This document shows positions 28,412 through 38,641 of a DNA stretch of 64,000 bases, one piece after another. Source of the stretch: Cyclobacteriaceae bacterium. GTDB taxonomy: Bacteria > Bacteroidota > Bacteroidia > Cytophagales > Cyclobacteriaceae. Where the stretch lies: positions 13,733 to 77,732 of the forward strand of contig JALHRJ010000019.1 of the NCBI GenBank assembly GCA_022841475.1, given 5' to 3'. Position numbers and translations under genes: made by a program. Position 1 is the stretch's first letter; each line of letters begins with the position of its first letter. A model generated the notes under the pieces. That model did no database searches and was not told the origin of the DNA. It was given only the letters and a program-made list of their open reading frames with translations.

Positions 28412-28544
28412 GAGGCTGACCAAAAAGTCACAATATCAATCGAAGTGTCATTCCGGGCTTGACCCGGAATCCCGAAATTGTGCGTACTCCTCGGGATCGC
28501 GGGTCAAATGCCCGCGATGACTGAATGACTTTTGAGACAGCCTC
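28412..28544. mobile_element. MITE-like element: outer inverted repeats enclosing a REP-like hairpin doublet
   Basis: GAGGCTGACCAAAAAGTCA (28412-28430) / TGACTTTTGAGACAGCCTC (28526-28544); inner GTCATTCCGGGCTTGACCCGGAATCC and GGATCGCGGGTCAAATGCCCGCGATGAC; second copy at 63844. Confidence 0.75.
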
Positions 28545-28550
28545 ATCTAA

Positions 28551-30860
28551 TTATGTTTTTGTAATTGCCTCATCCAAATTATAAATAGTTTGTACCACCT
28601 GCATCAGCGCAGCTAATGTTATTACATCGTTGATTTTTACATGCGGATACTCTCCTGCCGAAATAAAACTTTTTGCTTTTTCAGGAAATTGTTTGAACCC
28701 TGATTTCTCTTCTTCAAAATACTGAAGCAACATTTTTAGCTCATCGCTTTTTGGCTGTCTACACACAATAGACTGAAATGCTTTCTTAATTTTTTCTTCA
28801 ACACTTGATTGTTCTATCATCAATCGTTCTGCAAACACCCGCGCGGCTTCAAGCATTAACGGTTCGTTTAACATCACCAAGGCTTGCAACGGAGTATTTG
28901 TTCTCATTCGGGTTACTTCACATTGATCGCGATTACTGCCGTCAAACACCAGCATACCTGGAGGAGGCACTGTTCGTTTAATGAAGGAGTAAAGTCCCCT
29001 GCGATATAATTTCTCCCCATGATCCTGCACGTAGCGGGCCAGTACCCCGCGACCAGACGTAGAAGATTCCCAAATACCTTTCGGCTGATACACTTTCACA
29101 CTGGGGCCGCCAATTTCATTCACCAACAAGCCACTGCTAGCCAATGCAAGATCACGCACACCTTCAGCGGTTAAACGAGTGCGCGGGCCGCGTGACAATA
29201 AAATATTATCGGGGTCGGTGGCTAACTTTTCTTTGCTTATCGCAGAAGACTGTTTATACGTTGAAGAAGTAACAATCTGCTTTATCAAACGCTTCACATC
29301 CCAACCATGCTCTCTGAAATCAACCGCCAGCCAATCCAATAATTCCGGGTGCGAGGGCATCTCGCCCTGCATACCAAAGTCGCCACTGGTTTTTACAAGA
29401 CCTCTTCCAAAAAATTCCTGCCACATGCGGTTAACAAACACCCGCGCTGTCAATGGATTCTTTTTATCAAACAACCAACGCGAAAGTCCTAACCTATTGG
29501 TTCCATACTTTGTAGAATCATAAGGCAAAATATCGGGTGGCAAGCCAATATCCACCACTTCACCATGGGCATCATAGGCACCTCGCGTAAGCACATACGT
29601 GGGCCGCTTCCAGGTTGTATCTTTCATTACCATTACTTCCACCGGGGTGGTATCCTTTTTATTGATGAACGTGAGAATATTATTAATTTCTTCGGTGGTG
29701 ATTTTAATTTTTGGTGGATCGGCCAATGAAGCAACCTGAATATCTCCTACCAATCCTTTTTCAGGAACGCGATTAAAAAACGCGAAAGTCCGGTAATAGT
29801 CTTTTTGCGAGATGGGATCATACTTATGATCATGGCAATGGGCACACTCAAACGTAAGGGCCAGAAAAGCTTTGCCAAATGTATTTGTGCGATCGGTTAC
29901 ATATTCTACTCTGTATTCTTCATCGATTACCCCACCCTCCTGCGTGATTTTATGATTTCGGTTAAATCCTGTTGCCAGCAATTGTTCTTTGGTAGGATTC
30001 GGTAATTGATCACCCGCCAATTGCCAGGTTACAAACTGATCGTATGGATAATTTTTATTGAACGCATGAATCACCCAATCGCGCCACGGCCACATGGTAC
30101 GAAGCCCGTCATCCTGATAACCGTGCGAGTCGGCATAACGCGCAACGTCCATCCAATACACGGCCATGCGTTCGCCATACTGAGGTTGAGCCAACAACTC
30201 ATCAACTATTTTTTCATAGGCATCTTCAGACTGATCGGCCAAAAAACGATTTTGCATTTCGAGAGAAGGCGGCAGCCCGGTAATATCCAGGCTTGCTCTT
30301 TTTAATAAACGCTCGCGGTCAGCCGCTTCATTCGGTTTTAATCCGGAAGCGTCCATTCTTGCCAGTATAAACTGATCGATTTCATTCGCTACCCATTGTT
30401 CATTCACTCGTGGAAGTGCTGACTTCACCGGAGGTATAAATGCCCAATGTGGTTTGTACTTCGCACCTTGCTCAATCCATTTTTCAATTAAGTCTATTTC
30501 GTTTTTAGTCAGCGACAAATTGGAATTGGGTGGAGGCATTACCAATGAAGTGTCAGAACTAGATATCCGTAAAAATACTTCCGATTGGTTAGCATCACCC
30601 GGCACAATAACGTGTGCAGATGGATTATCCTTTAGGGCAGCCAAAGCTCCTTCACGCGTATCCAGTCGCAGGTTTGCTTTGCGCTGATTGGCATCGGGCC
30701 CATGACATTTAAAGCAACGGTCGGATAAAATGGGGCGAATGTGAAGGTTGAAGTCTACGGAATCCGAACTGAAGGTTGTAGAATTATTGTCCCGACAACT
30801 TGTTAAGAAAATTCCTGAGGCCAGGGCAAAAAGAATGACGAATCCGATGGCAAACCTCAT
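28551..30860 (-). CDS. PSD1/planctomycete cytochrome c lipoprotein (DUF1549/DUF1553)
   Basis: Lipobox FLTSC; CFKCH and CAHCH heme motifs; WLDVARY-like WMDVARYADSHG; HPELLDWLA; NTPLQAL. Confidence 0.88.
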   Translation of the reverse strand: MRFAIGFVILFALASGIFLTSCRDNNSTTFSSDSVDFNLHIRPILSDRCFKCHGPDANQRKANLRLDTREGALAALKDNPSAHVIVPGDANQSEVFLRISSSDTSLVMPPPNSNLSLTKNEIDLIEKWIEQGAKYKPHWAFIPPVKSALPRVNEQWVANEIDQFILARMDASGLKPNEAADRERLLKRASLDITGLPPSLEMQNRFLADQSEDAYEKIVDELLAQPQYGERMAVYWMDVARYADSHGYQDDGLRTMWPWRDWVIHAFNKNYPYDQFVTWQLAGDQLPNPTKEQLLATGFNRNHKITQEGGVIDEEYRVEYVTDRTNTFGKAFLALTFECAHCHDHKYDPISQKDYYRTFAFFNRVPEKGLVGDIQVASLADPPKIKITTEEINNILTFINKKDTTPVEVMVMKDTTWKRPTYVLTRGAYDAHGEVVDIGLPPDILPYDSTKYGTNRLGLSRWLFDKKNPLTARVFVNRMWQEFFGRGLVKTSGDFGMQGEMPSHPELLDWLAVDFREHGWDVKRLIKQIVTSSTYKQSSAISKEKLATDPDNILLSRGPRTRLTAEGVRDLALASSGLLVNEIGGPSVKVYQPKGIWESSTSGRGVLARYVQDHGEKLYRRGLYSFIKRTVPPPGMLVFDGSNRDQCEVTRMRTNTPLQALVMLNEPLMLEAARVFAERLMIEQSSVEEKIKKAFQSIVCRQPKSDELKMLLQYFEEEKSGFKQFPEKAKSFISAGEYPHVKINDVITLAALMQVVQTIYNLDEAITKT

Positions 30861-30988
30861 AATAGTTGGATAGTTTCTAAAAATGAGGATTTTAGATCAC
30901 AATTAAAACTCTTATCTGACAGTCGTGCAATTGGAATTAATTTATTCCAGATAAGAACTCTTTGGCCCATCCGTTGTTTGAAATTTGA

Positions 30989-31456
30989 ATGAAAATCTAC
31001 AATCTCACCCGCACGCAGTTTCTACCTATTTCGCTACCGGAAGCCTGGGAATTTTTCTCAAAACCAAAAAATCTCTCCAAAATCACACCAGAGCACATGG
31101 GGTTTAAAATTTTATATATCTCTGGAGGAGATAAGGCTTATGCAGGGCAAATCATCCGGTATCATGTCAGCATCCTGCCCGGTATTAAAGTCCATTGGGT
31201 AACAGAAATTACCCAGGTAAAAGAGCCATCCCATTTTATTGACGAACAACGCTTCGGTCCGTATGCGCTCTGGCACCATCAGCACCACTTTAAGGAAGTA
31301 CCTGGCGGTGTAGAAATGACTGATGAAGTCAACTATGCGATTCCACTCGGTTTGCTTGGCCGACTGGCCCATGCTCTTTTTGTGGGGCGTGAAGTAAATC
31401 GTATTTTTGAGCACCGATTTAAAGTGTTGGAAGAGTATTTTAGAAGAGCTAAGTAA
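30989..31456 (+). CDS. SRPBCC family protein
   Basis: WEFFSKPKNLSKITP...FIDEQRFGPYALWHHQH. Confidence 0.85.
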   Translation: MKIYNLTRTQFLPISLPEAWEFFSKPKNLSKITPEHMGFKILYISGGDKAYAGQIIRYHVSILPGIKVHWVTEITQVKEPSHFIDEQRFGPYALWHHQHHFKEVPGGVEMTDEVNYAIPLGLLGRLAHALFVGREVNRIFEHRFKVLEEYFRRAK

Positions 31457-31956
31457 TGAATATGGACTGGAAGGTAATTCTAATTTGTGCTTTGATAACC
31501 ATAGGTACTTTTTTGTTTTGGGAAGTTGTCGCCTGGTTCTCGCACAAGTACGTTATGCATGGTATTTTATGGACGTGGCATAAGTCGCACCACACGGTAC
31601 ATGATCATACAGTTGAAAAAAATGATCTCTTTGCCGTAGTGTTTAGCGTTCCCTCCATTGCGCTGTTTGTCATTTCAACTTCCATTTATCCGAGCCCATA
31701 CTTGTTTGCTGTAGCATTAGGTATATTTTGTTATGGATTATTTTATCTAGTTTTTCATGACATCATTGTGCACCAACGTATTAAATGGAGACCCGCCAAG
31801 AGAAGTAAGTATTTACAACGCATGATTCATGCTCATTATATCCATCATGCAAAACATACCAAAGAAAATTGTGAAGCCTTTGGGTTTTTATATGCTCCGA
31901 AAAAATTTGAGCCCAAGAATTTCACCATGAAGGAGAAACGGCAGGAAACACAATAG
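31456..31956 (+). CDS. crtZ: Beta-carotene hydroxylase
   Basis: HKYVMHG, WHKSHH, EKNDLF, HDIIVHQR, HYIHH His boxes. Confidence 0.88.
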   Translation: MNMDWKVILICALITIGTFLFWEVVAWFSHKYVMHGILWTWHKSHHTVHDHTVEKNDLFAVVFSVPSIALFVISTSIYPSPYLFAVALGIFCYGLFYLVFHDIIVHQRIKWRPAKRSKYLQRMIHAHYIHHAKHTKENCEAFGFLYAPKKFEPKNFTMKEKRQETQ

Positions 31957-31991
31957 CCAAAGTAACAAGTAAAAAGTCTTAAGAAAATAAA

Positions 31992-32702
31992 TTGGAACAG
32001 AAGTACCTTTATCTCGCCATCGACTTTTTCTCGATTCTGTTTCCGTTCTTATTCAGTTTTTATTCTAAATATAATTTCTCTAAGAAATGGAAGTATTTGT
32101 GGCTGGCAATTCTTATGCCTGCGATCTTCTTCATTGTTTGGGATGAGTGGTTCACACAAATGGGTGTTTGGGGTTTTAATCCCCGCTACCTAACGGGGAA
32201 CTTCATCTTCTCCTTACCGATTGAAGAAGTCCTATTTTTTATTTGCATCCCTTATGCCTGTGTATTTACATACGAAGCTGTGAACTATCTGATCCGTTGG
32301 CGGATGAGTCTTAAGCAACAAAATCTAATTACCGATATACTGTCAGCCTTACTATTTATACTAGGTGTAATTTTCTTCGATCGGTGGTATACCTCAGTAA
32401 CGTTTATCCTTGCGTCCGTTTTTTTAAACTTGCATCGCTGGGTATGGAAATCAGACTATCTCGGAAAGTTTTATGTAGCTTTTCTTTTTATCCTGATACC
32501 CTTTTTTATTACTAATGGCATTCTCACTGGCACCGGTATCGAAGAGCAGGTTGTGTGGTATAACGATGCTGAAAATCTGGGAATCAGAATGCTAACCATT
32601 CCAGTGGAAGATACTTTTTATGGGATGCTTTTATTGCTGATGAATGTTTCCCTGTTCGAATACCTGCAAAAAAGAAAGGGGCTCAAAGCCCCCTCACGAT
32701 AA
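31992..32702 (+). CDS. Lycopene cyclase domain protein (fused CrtYc/Yd-type, membrane)
   Basis: Two repeats with LPIEE and IPVED motifs; WGFNPRY, YNDAENLG. Confidence 0.85.
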   Translation: MEQKYLYLAIDFFSILFPFLFSFYSKYNFSKKWKYLWLAILMPAIFFIVWDEWFTQMGVWGFNPRYLTGNFIFSLPIEEVLFFICIPYACVFTYEAVNYLIRWRMSLKQQNLITDILSALLFILGVIFFDRWYTSVTFILASVFLNLHRWVWKSDYLGKFYVAFLFILIPFFITNGILTGTGIEEQVVWYNDAENLGIRMLTIPVEDTFYGMLLLLMNVSLFEYLQKRKGLKAPSR

Positions 32703-32716
32703 GATCTTTATATTCA

Positions 32717-32980
32717 TTAGGCAGTCTCTAACTCTACTGGCTTAACTTTTTTTTCTTTCCTGATTTTTACGTTTTTGATCTTCTTTAACTCTCTTTTCAT
32801 TTGAGTTGCAACCACGGCTGCCAGGCGTTTTGCTGATTTTTCAATTAGTTTGTTGGCTTTCTTTTTCGATTTTGTAATCCCCAGAGCCTGAACGGTTTGG
32901 TGTAAAGAATCCACCAAAAGCATCTTAATTTCCTTTTTTCCTTTAACTACTAATTTTTCCATAACCTGTTGTTTAGACAT
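32717..32980 (-). CDS. Small Lys-rich hypothetical protein
   Basis: 87-aa ORF with ATG, roughly one residue in four is Lys/Arg, fills the intergenic gap. Confidence 0.55.
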   Translation of the reverse strand: MSKQQVMEKLVVKGKKEIKMLLVDSLHQTVQALGITKSKKKANKLIEKSAKRLAAVVATQMKRELKKIKNVKIRKEKKVKPVELETA

Positions 32981-33039
32981 CCAAAGTATAAGGTTATGGC
33001 TGTATTACCAAGAGGTTAAAAAAACTTAACATTGAAATC

Positions 33040-36000
33040 TCATTTCGCCTCAATTCGCTTCAAATCAGGGGATTTTCGAAGCAACTCAAACTGACTTTGC
33101 ACCTCAGCGAGCTTACCGCTAACAATTCCAAACACTTCCAACTGTTGGTCGGTGGGTGGAGCGTCCGCACTGGCAATTTGACTTTCCTTTGCCATTGCCA
33201 AAAGCCGTTCCAGTACTTGGGGTGGATTACGAAAAATATCCATCCGCGCCCCGGTGGCGTGCACATCATGCAGTTGTGATTCCAATTCATAGATTTTAGC
33301 TTCCAGCGCGGGCGCTTTCTTATCTTTCGTCTGTGTAAGCAGCTTTGCCCGCATTCTCTCCATCTCATCGATCAGTTTTAAAGTCGTGATGGTGGCGCTG
33401 TACAAACGGATACCAAAATTATATTGCTTCAGAATATCGGCATCAGTGCCTGTTGTATTGGGATCTTTTACAACCATAAGACTTTGCTTGTACTCCTTTC
33501 CATTTACTCTCAGTACAATCGTGTACATACCCGGATGCACCAACGGAGGAGTTTGACCGGGGCCAATATCCAAATCAAATATGAACAGCTCGCGTTCTCC
33601 TTTCTCATCCAACTTCACCCACTCTTTGCCTTTTGGTTGTGTTCTCAACTTTGGAAACTCATACGGCTGCAAACGCAAGTCCCACCAGATTCGATTTACA
33701 CCTGCTTCGTTGGTGCCTTTCATCGTTTGCACTGTTTCGTTCCGGGCATTCAGCACCATAATTTCAACCAGTCCTTTTGATTTTTCTTTCAGGTAATAAT
33801 TTATATCAGCACCATCCGGTGGATTTTTTCCTGATACATAACTATTGTCTGTTTTGATTCCATTGGTTGACTGAAAACGATACGCCTTTCGATTTGAAAA
33901 TAAATGTGCTTCTGAGTTCTGAACCTGTTCTGTGAATTCGCGAATCGGGGTAATGTCATCCAGAATATAAATACCTCTTCCGTAGGTAGCGATTACCAAG
34001 TCTTTGAAGTTGCGTTGGATTTCAATGCCAAAAATCGGAACCGGTGGTAAATTGTTTTTCAAGTGAATCCAGTTCTTGCCATCATCGGGTGAAAAGTAAA
34101 GTGACTTCTCCGTTCCCAACCATAACAAACCCTGCTTGTCAGGATCTTCCTTTATCTGATTAACGAAGTTTGAATTGTTGGGAGGTAAATTAATTTCCAG
34201 GCGCTTCCATGTTGCACCAAAATCAGTGGTCTTAAAAACATAGGTACCAAAATCGCCTACATAATGAGCGTCTACAGCAAGGTAGCAGGTGCCGGCATCA
34301 AAATAGGAAGCATCGATATGTCGGATTGTTCCCCATTGCGGCAAACCCGGAATATTACCCGAAACATTAGTCCAGGTTGTACCTCCGTCTTGCGAAACAT
34401 GTACGAGACCATCATTGCTGCCTGTCCAAAGTACGCCAGCTTTTACAGGCGACTCGGCCATAGAAAAAAGTGTACTGCCATCCCAGGTCATCAGGTTGTC
34501 ACTGGCCATACCGCCTGAATTTTGCTGATGTGATTTATCGTTGGTGGTGAGATCAGGACTTACCACCTGCCAACCCTGGCCACCATTATTTGTTTCGTGA
34601 ACATACTGACTGCCAACCCACACTCTACCCTTTGTATGTTTCGACAACACCATCGGAAAATTCCAATGCCAACGATATTTGGCATCTGCAGGTGCTGCAC
34701 CGATTTGTGTTTGGGGCCACACACGCACATCGCGTGAATGCATTGTAGTAAGATCAAAAATATCGAGACCACCATCATAACATCCTGACCAGACAATATT
34801 ATTATCGAAGGGATCTGGTTGGGCAAAACCACTTTCGCACCCACCTACTCCATGCCATGCTCCCAGCGGAATATTCCAGCCCCCTAAATACCTACTCGGG
34901 CCACGATAGGACCATGCATCCTGCCGGTTGCCATAAACCCAATAAGGAATCCGGTCGTCCACTGCAATATGATACATCTGGGCGATAGGCAAATTTATGT
35001 TTCGCCACGTTTTACCACCATTGTAGGTCATATTCAAACAGCCATCATGCGCACTTAAAATTCGATTTCCATCTTTGGGGTCGAACCACATGTCGTGATT
35101 ATCGCCACCAGGTGCCCACTGATTAAAATCTTTAACGAACGACTTGCCTCCATCCATAGATTTTTTGATTCCGACACAAATGGTATAAACCTCATCTTCA
35201 TTGGCCGTTGAAACGCGAAGCCTAGTATAATATCCGGCACGCTGCCCCATCGAATGATCTTTTTGCATCAACTTCCAACTGTCACCACCATCATCCGACC
35301 GATACAGTCTTGGTTCTTTATCTTCCACCAATGCATACACTCTTTTGGGATTGGTATAAGAAACATCTATCGAAGTTTTCCCTATAGGATGGCTCGGGCC
35401 ACTCTCTAAACCATTTCGCAATGGCTCCCAGGTTTTGCCACCATCTTTACTACGATAGATACCACTCCCCTCGCCACCGCTATTTAAATTCCAGGTACGA
35501 ATATCTACTTGCCACATGGCCGCGAAAATTGTTTCAGGATTTTTTGGATCGATGCTCATATCTGAGCATCCTGTGTTTTCGTTAACAAATAAAATGCGCG
35601 CCCAGGTTTTTCCCCCATCGATTGTTTTATAAACTCCACGCTCTTGCTGCGGTCCATGCGTGTGGCCCATGGAAGCAACATAGACCGTGTTTGTATCTGT
35701 TGGATGCACAATAACCCTACTGATGCGAAAGGTTTTTTCGAGCCCCATGTTCTTCCAGGTTTTACCCGCATCAGATGATTTGTAAACTCCATTCCCTACA
35801 GCATGGGCAGGACGAATCAAGAATGTTTCACCTGTACCGGCCCAAACTTGTTTGGGTGCAGAAGGAGCTATGGCCAACGCCCCGATGGATGAATCTTCCG
35901 TACTGTCGAAAACAGATTTCCAGGTAATGCCGGCATCTTCCGTTTTCCAGATTCCACCCGAAGCTGCACCGGAATACGATACGTTCGGATTACCGGGCTC

Positions 36001-36141
36001 CCCCACAACAGAAATCATTCGGTTGCCATCGGGGCCAATGAACCGAAAATTTAGTTTGGAAAAGAGTTTGGGGTCATAAGACTGTCCGTACAAGAATTGA
36101 AGACAACTGCTAAGGCAGAGGAATAAAAAAAGCTTTCTCAT
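33040..36141 (-). CDS. Exported BNR/Asp-box (VPS10/sialidase-like) beta-propeller glycosyl hydrolase
   Basis: Signal peptide; repeated S/T-x-D-G-G-x-T/S-W boxes. Confidence 0.85.
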   Translation of the reverse strand: MRKLFLFLCLSSCLQFLYGQSYDPKLFSKLNFRFIGPDGNRMISVVGEPGNPNVSYSGAASGGIWKTEDAGITWKSVFDSTEDSSIGALAIAPSAPKQVWAGTGETFLIRPAHAVGNGVYKSSDAGKTWKNMGLEKTFRISRVIVHPTDTNTVYVASMGHTHGPQQERGVYKTIDGGKTWARILFVNENTGCSDMSIDPKNPETIFAAMWQVDIRTWNLNSGGEGSGIYRSKDGGKTWEPLRNGLESGPSHPIGKTSIDVSYTNPKRVYALVEDKEPRLYRSDDGGDSWKLMQKDHSMGQRAGYYTRLRVSTANEDEVYTICVGIKKSMDGGKSFVKDFNQWAPGGDNHDMWFDPKDGNRILSAHDGCLNMTYNGGKTWRNINLPIAQMYHIAVDDRIPYWVYGNRQDAWSYRGPSRYLGGWNIPLGAWHGVGGCESGFAQPDPFDNNIVWSGCYDGGLDIFDLTTMHSRDVRVWPQTQIGAAPADAKYRWHWNFPMVLSKHTKGRVWVGSQYVHETNNGGQGWQVVSPDLTTNDKSHQQNSGGMASDNLMTWDGSTLFSMAESPVKAGVLWTGSNDGLVHVSQDGGTTWTNVSGNIPGLPQWGTIRHIDASYFDAGTCYLAVDAHYVGDFGTYVFKTTDFGATWKRLEINLPPNNSNFVNQIKEDPDKQGLLWLGTEKSLYFSPDDGKNWIHLKNNLPPVPIFGIEIQRNFKDLVIATYGRGIYILDDITPIREFTEQVQNSEAHLFSNRKAYRFQSTNGIKTDNSYVSGKNPPDGADINYYLKEKSKGLVEIMVLNARNETVQTMKGTNEAGVNRIWWDLRLQPYEFPKLRTQPKGKEWVKLDEKGERELFIFDLDIGPGQTPPLVHPGMYTIVLRVNGKEYKQSLMVVKDPNTTGTDADILKQYNFGIRLYSATITTLKLIDEMERMRAKLLTQTKDKKAPALEAKIYELESQLHDVHATGARMDIFRNPPQVLERLLAMAKESQIASADAPPTDQQLEVFGIVSGKLAEVQSQFELLRKSPDLKRIEAK

Positions 36142-36229
36142 AGGTATTACGTTGGAGAAGTAAATTACCTAAGAGAAAGCAGAATTAATAGTGATCTAAT
36201 ACCGGACTTACCTGTTTTTGATCAGTGGT

Positions 36230-38641
36230 CTATTCATATCGTAAAGAATCAACCGGATTTGCAGCAGCTGCTTTTATTGATTGATAACTTACCGTAAGCC
36301 AGGCAATAACTATCGCCACAAATCCACTTAGGATAAATACTAACGGATTAATTTCGATCCGGTAAGCAAATCCATTTAACCAAACATCGGCTACGTACCA
36401 CGCCAACACCGCTGCCGGTATAAAGGCAATTACCACCAGTTTGGTAAACTCTCCCGACAGCAAAATAGAAAGGCTGAATACAGATGCTCCCATAGACTTA
36501 CGAATACCGATCTCCTTGGTACGTTGCTCTGAGGTAAATGCAGCCAGGGCAAATAAACCTAGGGAAGCAATAAATATAGCTAACCCGGAGAACACGCTGA
36601 ATAATTGTCCCATACGCTGCTCGGCCCTAAACAAGCGATCAAAATTTTCATCCAGAAAGGAATATTCAAACGGCTCGCTGGCTGACTGTTCTTTCCATAA
36701 TTTTTCTACGTTGGCGATTAATGTGGTTGGGCTGCCTTCATAGCGCACTAACAAGTTATTTGCATTTTGAGTAAGCAAAATTGATAACGGTCTTACCTGG
36801 TCCTTGAAAGATTCAAAATTAAAATTCTTAACTACACCAATGACTTTATATTTATTAAAGGTGGCACCATTGTTATTATAAAGCACTTCCTCGCCCACAG
36901 GATTTTCAAAACCAAATTCTTTGGCGGCCGCTTCATTTAACAGGATGGCCAGCGAATCGGAAGCAAACTCTTTTGAAAAATAACGACCTGCCGTCAATTC
37001 AAATTTGAGAACATCCTGATGGTCATAATCGGCAAAATATACACCCATGATGTGGTCTTGCTCGGAACCGGCTGTTTTAAACACAGTTGTATTATTAACC
37101 CCCGGAAAAGTATTGTTGGTATAACTGATTTTGGTAATGCCAGTTTGCTGGGCAAGTGAATTGCGAAAAGTCTCTTTATTATTACCCAGGCGACCTGCAT
37201 TATTGATCACCAACACATTATTCTTGTCAATACCCAGATTTTTATTTTGCAAATATTGAATCTGTTGGAAAACCACTACCGTAAAAATGATCAGAAAGAT
37301 GGAGAGACCGAATTGAAACACGACCAGCGCGCTTCGGATACCTTTACTTTTTGCACCGGCCCTTACTTTTCCTTTCAATACTTCTACTGCGCTAAAGGAT
37401 GTTAAATATAATGCAGGATATATACCCGATACAATCCCAACAAAAAAAGTAAGCGCTATGATGCCCATTATAAACCAGGGAGCCTGAAAAGTTTCCATGC
37501 CTAATTCCTTCCCAGCCAAAATATTAAAGTAGGGTAACAGCAAATAACAAGCGATCAATGCCAGTACAACCGCAGCCACGCTATAGAGTATAGATTCAGA
37601 CATAAACTGACCAACCATTTGCCCGCGAAGAGATCCCAGCGCTTTACGCAATCCTACCTCCTTGGCTCTTCCAGCAGAACGGGCCGTTGAGAGATTCATG
37701 AAATTGATGCACGCAATGACAATGATAAATAATCCAATTCCGCTAAAGAAGTATACGTACATAATATTTCCACCTGGCTGAAGGTCTCCTTGCGTAGTTG
37801 AGTGCAAATGAATATCCTGAACATTGGTGGCAAAATAACCATAGGCTCCACCCGCATCCTGCATCTGCTTTAGCGTGGTCCCCATAAATCGCTCCAGTTC
37901 CGGACCAATGTACTTTTCAATCATAGGAACAAATTTTTCTTCTACCTGGGCAACAGAAGTACCGGGCTGTGTTTTAAAATAAGTGAACATGAAATTATTC
38001 AGCCAAATGCCACCGCCTTTCAGGTTGTCATCAGATACCGCGGATACCAACATATCATAGTTGAAATGAGAATTGGTGGGCGGGTTTTCAGCTACCCCGG
38101 TTACTTTGAATGTTTTGTTTTCATTTCCAATCACCAACAAACTTCCAACGGGATTGGAGTCTCCAAAATACTTGATGGCCATACGCTCGGTAAGCACTAC
38201 TGTATTGGGTTCTAGTAATACAGTTTTGATATCACCTTCTCTCAATCGATAGCTGAAGAATTCAAAAAAGTTAGAGTCCACAAAAAAGATGTTCTCTTCT
38301 GAAAATACTTTTTCTCCATTGCGCACAACCGGCTGACCAAACATAGTCGCAATGCGCATGGCCGACTCAACTTCCGGAATATCTGCTACCAGCGCTTGCG
38401 CCATGGGCGGGCATGTGTTGGATACCCTAATATCCTGACCACCAATTTTTCCATGCAATCCAACCTGATAAATCCGGTCTGCATCATCATGAAACTTATC
38501 GTAGCTCAATTCATGCGACACATACAGTACAATCATCAAACTAGCAGTGATGCCGATGGTCATTCCCAGAATATTGATGGCTGAAAATAATTTATACTTT
38601 AGGATGTTGCGGATCGCAACTCTATAGTAATTTTTTAACAT
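36230..38641 (-). CDS. MacB/FtsX-type ABC permease
   Basis: MLKNYY..AIRN, RAKEVGLRK, RTKEIGIRK, ANPVDSLRYE. Confidence 0.92.
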   Translation of the reverse strand: MLKNYYRVAIRNILKYKLFSAINILGMTIGITASLMIVLYVSHELSYDKFHDDADRIYQVGLHGKIGGQDIRVSNTCPPMAQALVADIPEVESAMRIATMFGQPVVRNGEKVFSEENIFFVDSNFFEFFSYRLREGDIKTVLLEPNTVVLTERMAIKYFGDSNPVGSLLVIGNENKTFKVTGVAENPPTNSHFNYDMLVSAVSDDNLKGGGIWLNNFMFTYFKTQPGTSVAQVEEKFVPMIEKYIGPELERFMGTTLKQMQDAGGAYGYFATNVQDIHLHSTTQGDLQPGGNIMYVYFFSGIGLFIIVIACINFMNLSTARSAGRAKEVGLRKALGSLRGQMVGQFMSESILYSVAAVVLALIACYLLLPYFNILAGKELGMETFQAPWFIMGIIALTFFVGIVSGIYPALYLTSFSAVEVLKGKVRAGAKSKGIRSALVVFQFGLSIFLIIFTVVVFQQIQYLQNKNLGIDKNNVLVINNAGRLGNNKETFRNSLAQQTGITKISYTNNTFPGVNNTTVFKTAGSEQDHIMGVYFADYDHQDVLKFELTAGRYFSKEFASDSLAILLNEAAAKEFGFENPVGEEVLYNNNGATFNKYKVIGVVKNFNFESFKDQVRPLSILLTQNANNLLVRYEGSPTTLIANVEKLWKEQSASEPFEYSFLDENFDRLFRAEQRMGQLFSVFSGLAIFIASLGLFALAAFTSEQRTKEIGIRKSMGASVFSLSILLSGEFTKLVVIAFIPAAVLAWYVADVWLNGFAYRIEINPLVFILSGFVAIVIAWLTVSYQSIKAAAANPVDSLRYE

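Noticed and set aside
30911-30955. Interrupted palindrome CTTATCTG[15 bp]GAAT-TAATTT-ATTCCAGATAAG
   Set aside because: Single occurrence, AT-rich, and the putative 15-bp insert resembles no other element; chance not excluded.
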